From Eledone cirrhosa (Eukaryota): a DNA stretch of 64,000 nucleotides. The translations under genes were made by a program, and so were the position numbers. Below are positions 1 through 14,420 of the stretch, piece by piece (positions within the stretch are counted from its first letter, which is position 1; each line of letters opens with the position of its first letter). The notes below the pieces were generated by a model. That model had not been told where the DNA came from. It ran no database searches and saw nothing but the letters and a program-made list of their open reading frames with translations. The stretch spans positions 25,234,001 to 25,298,000 of the forward strand of contig OZ024741.1 of the NCBI GenBank assembly GCA_964016885.1, written 5' to 3'.

Positions 1-3000
1 GTGGTACCAACAACAACAGTAGTGGTACCAACAACAACAACAGTAGTGTTACCTACAACAACAGTAGTGGTACCAACAACAGTAGTGGTACCAACAACAA
101 CAACAGTAGTGGTACCAACAACAACAGTAGTGGTACCAACAACAATAACAGTAGTGGTACCAACAACAACAACAGTAGTGGTACCAACAACAGTAGTGGT
201 ACCAACAACAGTAGTGGTACCAACAACAACAGTAGTGGTACCAACAACAACAACAGTAGTGGTACCAACAACAAGAGTAGGGGTACCAACAACAATAGTA
301 GTGGTACCAACACCAGTAGTGGTACCAACAACATCAGTAGTGGTACCAACAACAACAACAGTAGTGGTACCAACAACAACAGTAGTGGTACCAACAACAG
401 TAGTGGTACCAACACTAATAGTAGTGGTACCAACAACAACAGTAGTGGTACCAACAACAACAGTAGTGGTACCAACAACAGTAGTGGTACCAACACTAAT
501 AGTAGTGGTACCAACAACAACAGTAGTGGTACCAACAACAACAGTAGTGGTACCAACAACAGCATTGGTACCAACAACAACAGTAGTGGTACCAACAACA
601 ACAGTAGTGGTACCAACAACAGTAGTGGTACCAACAGTAGTGGTACCAACAACAACAGTAATGGTACCAACAACAACAGTAATGGTACCAACAACAACAG
701 TAGTGTTACCTACAACAACAGTAGTGGTACCAACAACAGTAGTGGTACCAACAACAACAACAGTAGTGGTACCAACAACAACAGTAGTGGTACCAACAAC
801 AACAACAGTAGTGGTACCAACAACAGTAGTGATACCAACAACAACAGTAGTACCAACAACAACAGTAGTTGTACCAACAACAGTAGTGGTACCAACAACA
901 ACAGTAGTGGTACCAACAACAGTAGTGGTACCAACAACAACAGTAGTGGTACCAACAACAACAGTAGTGGTACCAACAACAGTAGTGGTACCAACAACAG
1001 TAGTGGTACCAACAACAGTAGTGGTACCAACAACAATAGTAGTGGTACCAACAACAGTAGTGGTACCAACAACAACAGTAGTGGTACCAACAACAGTAGT
1101 GGTACCAACAACAACAGTAGTGTACCAACAACAGTAGTGGTACCAACAACAACAGTAGTGGTACCAACAACAGTAGTGGTACCAAAAACAACAGTAGTAC
1201 CAACAACAAGAGTAGTGGTACCAACAACAGTAGTGGTACCAACAACAACAGTAGTGGTACCAACAACAACAGTAGTGGTCCCAACAACAGCAGTGGTACC
1301 AACAACAACAGTAGTGGTACCAACAACAACAGTAGTGGTACCAACAACAGTAGTGGTACCAACAACAACAGTAGTGGTACCAACAACAGTAGTGGTACCA
1401 ACAACAACAGTAGTGTACCAACAACAGTAGTGGTACCAACAACAACAGTAGTGGTACCAACAACAGTAGTGGTACCAACAACAACAGTAGTACCAACAAC
1501 AAGAGTAGTGGTACCAACAACAGTAATGGTACCAACAACAACAGTAGTGGTACCAACAACAGTAGTGGTACCAACAACAACAGTAGTGGTCCCAACAACA
1601 GCAGTAGTGGTACCAACAACAGTAGTGGTACCAACAACAACAGTAGTGGTACCAACAACAGTAGTGGTACCAACAACAACAGTAGTGTACCAACAACAGT
1701 AGTGGTACCAACAACAGTAGTGGTACCAACAACAACAGTAGTGGTACCAACAACAACAGTAGTGGTACCAACAACAGTAGTGGTACCAACAACAACAGTA
1801 GTGGTACCAACAACAGTAGTGGTACCAACAACAACAGTAGTGTACCAACAACAGTAGTGGTACCAACAACAACAGTAGTGATACCAACAACAGTAGTGGT
1901 ACCAACAACAACAGTAGTACCAACAACAAGAGTAGTGGTACCAACAACAGTAGTGGTACCAACAACAACAGTAGTGGTACCAACAACAACAGTAGTAGTA
2001 CCAACAACAGTAGTGGTACCAACAACAACAGTAGTGGTACCAACAACAGTAGTGGTACCAACAACAACAGTAGTGGTACCAACAACAACAGTAGTGGTAC
2101 CAACAACAGTAGTGGTACCAACAACAACAGTAGTGGTACCAACAACAACAGTAGTGTTACCAACAACAGTAGTGGTACCAACAACAACAGTAGTGGTACC
2201 AACAACAGCAGTGGCACCAACAACAACAGTAGTGGTACCAACAACAGTAGTGGTACCAACAACAGTAGTGGTACCAACAACAGTAGTGGTACCAACAACA
2301 GTAGTGGTACCAACAACAGCAGTGGTACCAACAACAGTAGTGGTACCAACAACAGCAGTGGTACCAACAACAACAGTAGTGGTACCAACAACAGTAGCGG
2401 TACCAACAACAGTAGTGGTACCAACAACAGTAGTGGTACCAACAACAGCAGTGGTACCAACAACAGTAGTGGTACCAACCACAGCAGTGGTACCAACAAC
2501 AACAGTAGTGGTACCAACAACAACAGTAGTGGTACCAACAACAACAACAGTAGTGGTACCAACAACAGCAGTGGTACCAACAACAGTAGTGGTACCAACC
2601 ACAGCAGTGGCACCAACAACAACAGTAGTGGTACCAACAACAACAGCAGTGGCACCAACAACAACAGTAGTGGTACCAACAACAGTAGTGGTACCAACAA
2701 CAGTAGTGGTACCAACAACAGTAGTGGTACCAACAACAACAGTAGTGGTACCAACAACAGTAGTGGTACCAACAACAGTAGTGGTACCAACAACAGTAGT
2801 GGTACCAACAACAGCAGTGGTACCAACAACAGTAGTGGTACCAACAACAGTAGTGGTACCAACAACAGTAGTGGTACCAACAACAGTAGTGGTACCAACA
2901 ACAGCAGTGGTACCAACAACAGTAGTGGTACCAACAACAACAGTAGTGGTACCAACAACAGTAGTGGTACCAACAACAGTAGTGGTACCAACAACAGTAG

Positions 3001-6000
3001 TGGTACCAACAACAACAGTAGTGGTACCAACAACAGTAGTGGTACCAACAACAGTAGTGGTACCAACAACAGTAGTGGTACCAACAACAACAGTAGTGGT
3101 ACCAACAACAGTAGTGGTACCAACAACAGTAGTGGTACCAACAACAGCAGTGGTACCAACAACAACAGTAGTGGTACCAACAACAGTAGTGGTACCAACA
3201 ACAACAGTAGTGGTACCAACAACAGTAGTGGTACCAACAACAACAGTAGTGGTACCAACAACAACAGTAGTGGTACCAACAACAACAGTAGTGGTACCAA
3301 CAACAACAGTAGTGGTACCAACAACAGTAGTGGCACCAACAACAACAGTAGTGGTACCAACAACAGTAGTGGTACCAACAACAACAGTAGTGGTACCAAC
3401 AACAGTAGTGGCACCAACAACAACAGTAGTGGTACCAACAACAGTAGTGGTACCAACAACAACAGTAGTGGTACCAACAACAACAGTAGTGTTACCAACA
3501 ACAACAGTAGTGGTACCAACAACAACAGTAGTGGTACCAACAACAACAGTAGTGGTACCAACAACAACAGTAGTGTTACCAACAACAACAGTAGTGGTAC
3601 CAACAACAACAGTAGTGGTACCAACAACAGTAGTGGCACCAACAACAACAGTAGTGGCACCAACAACAACAGTAGTGGTACCAACAACAACAGTAGTGGT
3701 ACCAACAACAGTAGTGGTACCAACAACAACAGTAGTGGTACCAACAACAACAGTAGTGGTACCAACAACAACAGTAGTGGTACCAACAACAACAGTAGTG
3801 GCACCAACAACAACAGTAGTGGCACCAACAACAACAGTAGTGTTACCAACAACAACAGTAGTGGTACCAACAACAACAGTAGTGGTACCAACAACAACAG
3901 TAGTGGTACCAACAACAACAGTAGAGGTACAAACAACAACAGTAGTGGTACCAACAACAACAGTAGTGGTACCAACAACAACAGTAGTGGTACCAACAAC
4001 AGTAGTGGTACCAACAACAGTAGTGGTACCAACAACAACAGTAGTGGTACCAACAACAACAGTAGTGGTACCAACAACAACAGTAGTGGTACCAACAACA
4101 ACAGTAGTGGCACCAACAACAACAGTAGTGGTACCAACAACAACAGTAGTGGTACCAACAACAGTAGTGGCACCAACAACAACAGTAGTGGCACCAACAA
4201 CAACAGTAGTGGTACCAACAACAACAGTAGTGTTACCAACAACAACAGTAGTGGTACCAACAACAACAGTAGAGGTACCAACAACAGTAGTGGTACCAAC
4301 AACAACAGTAGTGGTACCAACAACAGTAGTGGCACCAACAACAACAGAAGTGGTACCAACAACAACAGTAGTGGTACCAACAACAACAGTAGTACCAACA
4401 ACAACAGTAGTGGTACCAACAACAGTAGTGGTACCAACAACAACAGTAGTGGTACCAACAACAGTAGTGGTACCAACAACAACAGTAGTGGTACCAACAA
4501 CAACAGTAGTGGTACCAACAACAGTAGTGGTACCAACAACAACAGTAGTGGTACCAACAACAACAGTAGTGGTACCAACAACAACAACAGTAGTGGTACC
4601 AACAACAGCAGTGGTACCAACAACAGTAGTGGTACCAACCACAGCAGTGGCACCAACAACAACAGTAGTGGTACCAACAACAACAGCAGTGGCACCAACA
4701 ACAACAGTAGTGGTACCAACAACAGTAGTGGTACCAACAACAGTAGTGGTACCAACAACAGTAGTGGTACCAACAACAACAGTAGTGGTACCAACAACAG
4801 TAGTGGTACCAACAACAGTAGTGGTACCAACAACAGTAGTGGTACCAACAACAGCAGTGGTACCAACAACAGTAGTGGTACCAACAACAGTAGTGGTACC
4901 AACAACAGTAGTGGTACCAACAACAGTAGTGGTACCAACAACAGCAGTGGTACCAACAACAGTAGTGGTACCAACAACAGTAGTGGTACCAACAACAACA
5001 GTAGTGGTACCAACAACAGTAGTGGTACCAACAACAGTAGTGGTACCAACAACAGCAGTGGTACCAACAACAGTAGTGGTACCAACCACAGCAGTGGTAC
5101 CAACAACAACAGTAGTGGTACCAACAACAACAGCAGTGGCACCAACAACAGTAGTGGTACCAACAACAACAGCAGTGGCACCAACAACAACAGTAGTGGT
5201 ACCAACAACAGTAGTGGTACCAACAACAGTAGTGGTACCAACAACAGCAGTGGTACCAACAACAGCAGTGGTACCAACAACAGTAGTGGTACCAACAACA
5301 GCAGTGGTACCAACAACAACAGTAGTGGTACCAACAACAACAGCAGTGGTACCAACAACAGTAGTGGTACCAACAACAGTAGTGGTACCAACAACAACAG
5401 TAGTGGTACCAACAACAGTAGTGGTACCAACAACAGTAGTGGTACCAACAACAACAGTAGTGGTACCAACAACAACAGTAGAGGTACCAACAACAACAGT
5501 AGTGGTACCAACAACAGTAGTGGTACCAACAACAACAGTAGTGGTACCAACAACAGTAGTGGTACCAACAACAACAGTAGTGGTACCAACAACAGTAGTG
5601 GTACCAACAACAGTAGTGGTACCAACAACAACAGCAGTGGTACCAACAACAACAGTAGTGGTACCAACAACAACAGTAGTGGTACCAACAACAACAGTAG
5701 TGGTACCAACAACAGCAGTGGCACCAACAACAACCAACAGTAGTGGTACCAACAACAGTAGTGGTACCAACAACAGTAGTGGTACCAACAACAACAGTAG
5801 TGGTACCAACAACAGTAGTGGTACCAACAACAGTAGTGGTACCAACAACAGTAGTGGTACCAACAACAACAGTAGTGGTACCAACAACAGTAGTGGTACC
5901 AACAACAGTAGTGGTACCAACAACAGTAGTGGTACCAACAACAGCAGTGGTACCAACAACAACAGTAGTGGTACCAACAACAGTAGTGGTACCAACAACA

Positions 6001-9000
6001 ACAGTAGTGGTACCAACAACAGTAGTGGTACCAACAACAACAGTAGTGGTACCAACAACAACAGTAGTGGTACCAACAACAACAGTAGTGGTACCAACAA
6101 CAACAGTAGTGGTACCAACAACAGTAGTGGCACCAACAACAACAGTAGTGGTACCAACAACAGTAGTGGTACCAACAACAACAGTAGTGGTACCAACAAC
6201 AACAGTAGTGGTACCAACAACAGTAGTGGCACCAACAACAACAGTAGTGGTACCAACAACAGTAGTGGTACCAACAACAACAGTAGTGTTACCAACAACA
6301 ACAGTAGTGTTACCAACAACAACAGTAGTGGTACCAACAACAACAGTAGTGGTACCAACAACAACAGTAGTGGTACCAACAACAACAGTAGTGTTACCAA
6401 CAACAACAGTAGTGGTACCAACAACAACAGTAGTGGTACCAACAACAGTAGTGGCACCAACAACAACAGTAGTGGCACCAACAACAACAGTAGTGGTACC
6501 AACAACAACAGTAGTGGTACCAACAACAGTAGTGGTACCAACAACAACAGTAGTGGTACCAACAACAACAGTAGTGGTACCAACAACAACAGTAGTGGTA
6601 CCAACAACAACAGTAGTGGCACCAACAACAACAGTAGTGGCACCAACAACAACAGTAGTGTTACCAACAACAACAGTAGTGGTACCAACAACAACAGTAG
6701 TGGTACCAACAACAACAGTAGTGGTACCAACAACAACAGTAGAGGTACAAACAACAACAGTAGTGGTACCAACAACAACAGTAGTGGTACCAACAACAAC
6801 AGTAGTGGTACCAACAACAGTAGTGGTACCAACAACAGTAGTGGTACCAACAACAACAGTAGTGGTACCAACAACAACAGTAGTGGTACCAACAACAACA
6901 GTAGTGGTACCAACAACAACAGTAGTGGCACCAACAACAACAGTAGTGGTACCAACAACAACAGTAGTGGTACCAACAACAGTAGTGGCACCAACAACAA
7001 CAGTAGTGGCACCAACAACAACAGTAGTGTTACCAACAACAACAGTAGTGGTACCAACAACAACAGTAGAGGTACCAACAACAGTAGTGGTACCAACAAC
7101 AACAGTAGTGGTACCAACAACAGTAGTGGCACCAACAACAACAGTAGTGGTACCAACAACAACAGTAGTGGTATCAACAACAACAGTAGTGTTACCAACA
7201 ACAACAGTAGTGGTACCAACAACAACAGTAGTGGTACCAACAACAGTAGTGGTACCAACAACAACAGTAGTGGTACCAACAACAACAGTAGTGTTACCAA
7301 CAACAACAGTAGTGGCACCAACAACAACAGTAGTGGTACCAACAACAACAGTAGTGTTACCAACAACAACAGTAGTGGTACCAACAACAACAGTAGTGGT
7401 ACCAACAACAGTAGTGGTACCAACAACAACAGTAGTGGCACCAACAACAACAGTAGTGGTACCAACAACAGTAGTGGTACCAACAACAACAGTAGTGGTA
7501 CCAACAACAACAGTAGTGGTACCAACAACAGTAGTGGCACCAACAACAACAGTAGTGGTACCAACAACAGTAGTGGTACCAACAACAACAGTAATGGTAC
7601 CAACAACAACAGTAGTGGTACCAACAACAACAGTAGTGGTACCAACAACAACAGAAGTGGTACCAACAACAACAGTAGTGGTACCAACAACAGCAGTGGC
7701 ACCAACAACAACAGTAGTGGTACCAACAACAGCAGTGGCACCAACAACAACAGTAGTGGTACCAACAACAGTAGTGGTACCAACAACAACAGTAGTGGTA
7801 CCAACAACAGTAGTGGTACCAACAACAACAGTAGTGGTACCAACAACAATAGTAGTGGTACCAACAACAACAGAAGTGGTACCAACAACAACAGTAGTGG
7901 TACCAACAACAACAGTAGTACCAACAACAACAGTAGTGGTACCAACAACAGTAGTGGTACCAACAACAACAGTAGTGGTACCAACAACAGTAGTGGTACC
8001 AACAACAACAGTAGTGGTACCAACAACAACAGTAGTGGTACCAACAACAGTAGTGGTACCAACAACAACAGTAGTGGTACCAACAACAACAGTAGTGTTA
8101 CCAACAACAGTAGTGGTACCAACAACAACAGTAGTGGTACCAACAACAGCAGTGGCACCAACAACAACAGTAGTGGTACCAACAACAGTAGTGGTACCAA
8201 CAACAACAGTAGTGGTACCAACAACAGTAGTGGTACCAACAACAACAGTAGTGGTACCAACAACAGTAGTGGTACCAACAACAGTAGTGGTACCAACAAC
8301 AACAGTAGTGGTACCAACAAAAGTAGTGGTACCAACAACAACAGTAGTGGTACCAACAACAGTAGTGGTACCAACAACAACAGTAGTGGTACCAACAACA
8401 GTAGTGGTACCAACAACAGCAGTGGTACCAACAACAACAGTAGTGGTACTAACAACAGTAGTGGTACCAACAACAGTAGTGGTACCAACAACAGTAGTGG
8501 TACCAACAACAGTAGTGGTACCAACAACAGTAGTGGTACCAACAACAGCAGTGGTACCAACAACAACAGTAGTGGTACCAACAACAGTAGTGGTACCAAC
8601 AACAGTAGTGGTACCAACAACAGTAGTGGTACCAACAACAGCAGTGGTACCAACAACAGTAGTGGTACCAACCACAGCAGTGGTACCAACAACAACAGTA
8701 GTGGTACCAACAACAACAGTAGTGGTACCAACAACAACAACAGTAGTGGTACCAACAACAGCAGTGGTACCAACAACAGTAGTGGTACCAACCACAGCAG
8801 TGGCACCAACAACAACAGTAGTGGTACCAACAACAACAGCAGTGGCACCAACAACAACAGTAGTGGTACCAACAACAGTAGTGGTACCAACAACAGTAGT
8901 GGTACCAACAACAGTAGTGGTACCAACAACAACAGTAGTGGTACCAACAACAGTAGTGGTACCAACAACAGTAGTGGTACCAACAACAGTAGTGGTACCA

Positions 9001-12000
9001 ACAACAGCAGTGGTACCAACAACAGTAGTGGTACCAACAACAGTAGTGGTACCAACAACAGTAGTGGTACCAACAACAGTAGTGGTACCAACAACAGCAG
9101 TGGTACCAACAACAGTAGTGGTACCAACAACAACAGTAGTGGTACCAACAACAGTAGTGGTACCAACAACAGTAGTGGTACCAACAACAGTAGTGGTACC
9201 AACAACAACAGTAGTGGTACCAACAAGAGTAGTGGTACCAACAACAGTAGTGGTACCAACAACAGTAGTGGTACCAACAACAACAGTAGTGGTACCAACA
9301 ACAGTAGTGGTACCAACAACAGTAGTGGTACCAACAACAGCAGTGGTACCAACAACAACAGTAGTGGTACCAACAACAGTAGTGGTACCAACAACAACAG
9401 TAGTGGTACCAACAACAACAGTAGTGGTACCAACAACAACAGTAGTGGTACCAACAACAACAGTAGTGGTACCAACAACAGTAGTGGCACCAACAACAAC
9501 AGTAGTGGTACCAACAACAGTAGTGGCACCAACAACAACAGTGGCACCAACAACAACAGTAGTGGTACCAACAACAGTAGTGGTACCAACAACAACAGTA
9601 GTGGTACCAACAACAACAGTAGTGGTACCAACAACAGTAGTGGTACCAACAACAACAGTAGTGGTACCAACAACAACAGTAGTGTTACCAACAACAGTAG
9701 TGGTACCAACAACAGCAGTGGCACCAACAACAACAGTAGTGGTACCAACAACAGTAGTGGTACCAACAACAACAGTAGTGGTACCAACAACAGTAGTGGT
9801 ACCAACAACAACAGTAGTGGTACCAACAACAGTAGTGGTACCAACAACAGTAGTGGTACCAACAACAACAGTAGTGGTACCAACAACAGTAGTGGTACCA
9901 ACAACAACAGTAGTGGTACCAACAACAGTAGTGGTACCAACAACAACGGTAGTGGTACCAACAACAGTAGTGGTACCAACAACAGCAGTGGTACCAACAA
10001 CAACAGTAGTGGTACCAACAACAGTAGTGGTACCAACAACAGTAGTGGTACCAACAACAGTAGTGGTACCAACAACAGCAGTGGTACCAACAACAGTAGT
10101 GGTACCAACAACAGCAGTGGTACCAACAACAACAGTAGTGGTACCAACAACAGTAGTGGTACCAACAACAGTAGTGGTACCAACAACAGTAGTGGTACCA
10201 ACAACAGCAGTGGTACCAACAACAGTAGTGGTACCAACCACAGCAGTGGTACCAACAACAACAGTAGTGGTACCAACAACAGTAGTGGTACCAACAACAA
10301 CAACAGTAGTGGTACCAACAACAGCAGTGGTACCAACAACAGTAGTGGTACCAACCACAGCAGTGGCACCAACAACAACAGTAGTGGTACCAACAACAAC
10401 AGCAGTGGCACCAACAACAACAGTAGTGGTACCAACAACAGTAGTGGTACCAACAACAGTAGTGGTACCAACAACAGTAGTGGTACCAACAACAACAGTA
10501 GTGGTACCAACAACAGTAGTGGTACCAACAACAGTAGTGGTACCAACAACAGTAGTGGTACCAACAACAGCAGTGGTACCAACAACAGTAGTGGTACCAA
10601 TAACAGTAGTGGTACCAACAACAGTAGTGGTACCAACAACAGTAGTGGTACCAACAACAGCAGTGGTACCAACAACAGTAGTGGTACCAACAACAGTAGT
10701 GGTACCAACAACAACAGTAGTGGTACCAACAACAGTAGTGGTACCAACAACAGTAGTGGTACCAACAACAGCAGTGGTACCAACAACAGTAGTGGTACCA
10801 ACCACAGCAGTGGTACCAACAACAACAGTAGTGGTACCAACAACAACAGCAGTGGCACCAACAACAACAGTAGTGGTACCAACAACAACAGCAGTGGCAC
10901 CAACAACAACAGTAGTGGTACCAACAACAGTAGTGGTACCAACAACAGTAGTGGTACCAACAACAGCAGTGGTACCAACAACAGCAGTGGTACCAACAAC
11001 AGTAGTGGTACCAACAACAGCAGTGGTACCAACAACAACAGTAGTGGTACCAACAACAACAGCAGTGGTACCAACAACAGTAGTGGTACCAACAACAGTA
11101 GTGGTACCAACAACAACAGTAGTGGTACCAACAACAGTAGTGGTACCAACAACAGTAGTGGTACCAACAACAACAGTAGTGGTACCAACAACAACAGTAG
11201 TGGTACCAACAACAACAGTAGTGGTACCAACAACAGTAGTGGTACCAACAACAACAGTAGTGGTACCAACAACAGTAGTGGTACCAACAACAACAGTAGT
11301 GGTACCAACAACAGTAGTGGTACCAACAACAGTAGTGGTACCAACAACAACAGCAGTGGTACCAACAACAACAGTAGTGGTACCAACAACAACAGTAGTG
11401 GTACCAACAACAACAGTAGTGGTACCAACAACAGCAGTGGCACCAACAACAACAGTAGTGGTACCAACAACAACAGTAGTGGTACCAACAACAGTAGTGG
11501 TACCAACAACAGTAGTGGTACCAACAACAACAGTAGTGGTACCAACAACAGTAGTGGTACCAACAACAGTAGTGGTACCAACAACAGTAGTGGTACCAAC
11601 AACAACAGTAGTGGTACCAACAACAACAGTAGTGGTACCAACAACAGTAGTGGTACCAACAACAGTAGTGGTACCAACAACAACAGTAGTGGTACCAACA
11701 ACAACAGTAGTGGTACCAACAACAACAGTAGTGGTACCAACAACAACAGTAGTGGCACCAACAACAACAGTAGTGGTACCAACAACAACAGTAGTGGTAC
11801 CAACAACAGTAGTGGCACCAACAACAACAGTAGTGGCACCAACAACAACAGTAGTGGTACCAACAACAACAGTAGTGTTACCAACAACAACAGTAGTGGT
11901 ACCAACAACAACAGTAGAGGTACCAACAACAGTACTGGTACCAACAACAACAGTAGTGGTACCAACAACAGTAGTGGCACCAACAACAACAGTAGTGGTA

Positions 12001-12955
12001 CCAACAACAACAGTAGTGGTATCAACAACAACAGTAGTGTTACCAACAACAACAGTAGTGGTACCAACAACAACAGTAGTGGTACCAACAACAGTAGTGG
12101 TACCAACAACAACAGTAGTGGTACCAACAACAACAGTAGTGTTACCAACAACAACAGTAGTGGCACCAACAACAACAGTAGTGGTACCAACAACAACAGT
12201 AGTGTTACCAACAACAACAGTAGTGGTACCAACAACAGTAGTGGTACCAACAACAACAGTAGTGGCACCAACAACAACAGTAGTGGTACCAACAACAGTA
12301 GTGGTACCAACAACAACAGTAGTGGTACCAACAACAACAGTAGTGGTACCAACAACAGTAGTGGCACCAACAACAACAGTAGTGGTACCAACAACAGTAG
12401 TGGTACCAACAACAACAGTAATGGTACCAACAACAACAGTAGTGGTACCAACAACAACAGTAGTGGTACCAACAACAACAGTAGTGGTACCAACAACAAC
12501 AGTAGTGGTACCAACAACAACAGTAGTACCAACAACAACAGTAGTGGTACCAACAACAGTAGTGGTACCAACAACAACAGTAGTGGTACCAACAACAACA
12601 GTAGTGGTACCAACAACAACAGTAGTGGTACCAACAACAACAGTAGTGGTACCAACAACAACAGTATTACCAACAACAACAGTAGTGGTACCAACAACAG
12701 TAGTGGTACCAACAACAACAGTAGTGGTACCAACAACAACAGTAGTGGTACCAACAACAACAGTAGTGGTACCAACAACAACAGTAGTACCAACAACAAC
12801 AGTAGTGGTACCAACAACAGTAGTGGTACCAACAACAACAGTAGTGGTACCAACAACAACAGTAGTGGTACCAACAACAGTAGTGGCACCAACAACAACA
12901 GTAGTGGTACCAACAACAGTAGTGGTACCAACAACAACAGTAGTGGTACCAACAA
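1..12955. repeat. Higher-order repeat, copy A of a >=13 kb block (paralog of ~28115-41060)
   Basis: Same ordered rare variants at an offset of ~28.1 kb: ACCT of GTTACCTAC 51/28165; AGAGTAGGGG ~274/~28388; ACACTAATAG ~412/~28526; TGTACC 1121/29238; GAGGTACAAAC 3925/31981; GTATTACC 12664/40783. Confidence 0.93.
2950..7140. repeat. Pair of ~1.4 kb blocks about 2.8 kb apart (~2950-4345 and ~5770-7140)
   Basis: GAGGTACAAAC at 3925 and 6742 with the same flanking order of GGCACC/GTTACC variants. The pair recurs at 31981/34799. Confidence 0.8.
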
Positions 12956-14420
12956 CAGTAGAGTACCAACAACAACAGTAGTGGCACCAACAACAACAGT
13001 AGTGGTACGAACAACAACAGTAGTGGTCCCAACAACAGCAGTGGTACCAACAACAACAGTAGTGGTACCAACAACAGTAGTGGTACTAACAACAGTAGTG
13101 GTACCAACAACAACAGTAGTGGTACCAACAACAACAGTAGTGGTACCAACAACAACAGTAGTGGTACCAACAACAACAGTAGTGGTACCAACAACAGTAG
13201 AGTACCAACAACAACAGTAGTGGCACCAACAACAACAGTAGTGGTACGAACAACAGTAGTGGTCCCAACAACAGCAGTGGTACCAACAACAACAGTAGTG
13301 GTACCAACAACAGTAGCGGTACCAACAACAACAGTAGTGGTACGAACAACAACAGTAGTGGTCCCAACAACAGCAGTGGTACCAACAACAACAGTAGTGG
13401 TACCAACAACAGTAGTGGTACCAACAACAACAGTAGTGGTACCAACAACAACAGTAGTGGTACCAACAACAACAACAGTAGTGGTACCAACAACAGTAGT
13501 GGTACCAACAACAGTAGTGGTACCAACTACAGTAGTGGTACCAACAACAGTAGTGGTACCAACAACAGTAGCGGTACCAACAACAGTAGTGATACCAACA
13601 ACAGTAGCGGTACCAACAACAGTAGTGGTACGAACAACAGTAGTGGTCCCAACAACAACAGTAGTGGTACCAACAACAACAACAGTAGTGGTACCAACAA
13701 CAGTAGTGGTACCAACAACAGTAGTGGTACCAACAACAGTAGTGGTACCAACTACAGTAGTGGTACCAACAACAACAGTAGCGGTACCAACAACAGTAGT
13801 GGTACCAACAACAACAGTAGTGGTACCAACAACAGTAGTGGTACCAACAACAGTAGCGGTACCAACAACAGTAGTGGTACCAACAACAGTAGTGGTACCA
13901 ACAACAGTAGCGGTACCAACAACAGTAGTGGTACCAACAACAGTAGCGGTACCAACAACAGTAGTGGTACCAACAACAGTAGTGGTACCCACAACAACAG
14001 TAGTGGTACCAACAACAACAGCAGTAGTGGTACCAACAACAACAGTAGTGGTACCAACAACAACAGTAGTGGTACCAACAACAGTAGTGGTACCAACAAC
14101 AACAGTAGTGGTACCAACAACAGTAGTGGTACCAACAACAACAGTAGTGGTACCAACAACAGCAGTGGTACCAACAACAACAGTAGTGGTACCAACAACA
14201 ACAGTAGTGGTACCAACAACAACAGTAGAGGTACCAACAACAACAGTAGTGGTACCAACAACAGTAGTGGTACCAACAACAACAGTAGTGGTACCAACAA
14301 CAGTAGTGGTACCAACAACAGTAGTGGTACCAACAACAGTAGTGGTACCAACAACAACAGTAGTGGTACCAACAACAATAGTAGTGGTACCAACAACAAC
14401 AGTAGTGGTACCAACAACAG
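6653..14420. repeat. 7.77 kb tandem duplication, first copy
   Basis: Private variants recur at +7768 and later +7789: AGAGGTACAA 6741/14509, ACAAAAGTAG ~8318/~16086, GGTACTAAC ~8445/~16213, GTACTGG ~11932/~19721, GAGTACC 12961/20750 and 13200/20989. Confidence 0.95.
12961..13380. repeat. 239 bp sub-repeat marked by GAGTACC...GGCACC...GGTACGA...GGTCCC
   Basis: Marker series at 12961 and 13200, and again at 20750 and 20989. Confidence 0.85.
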
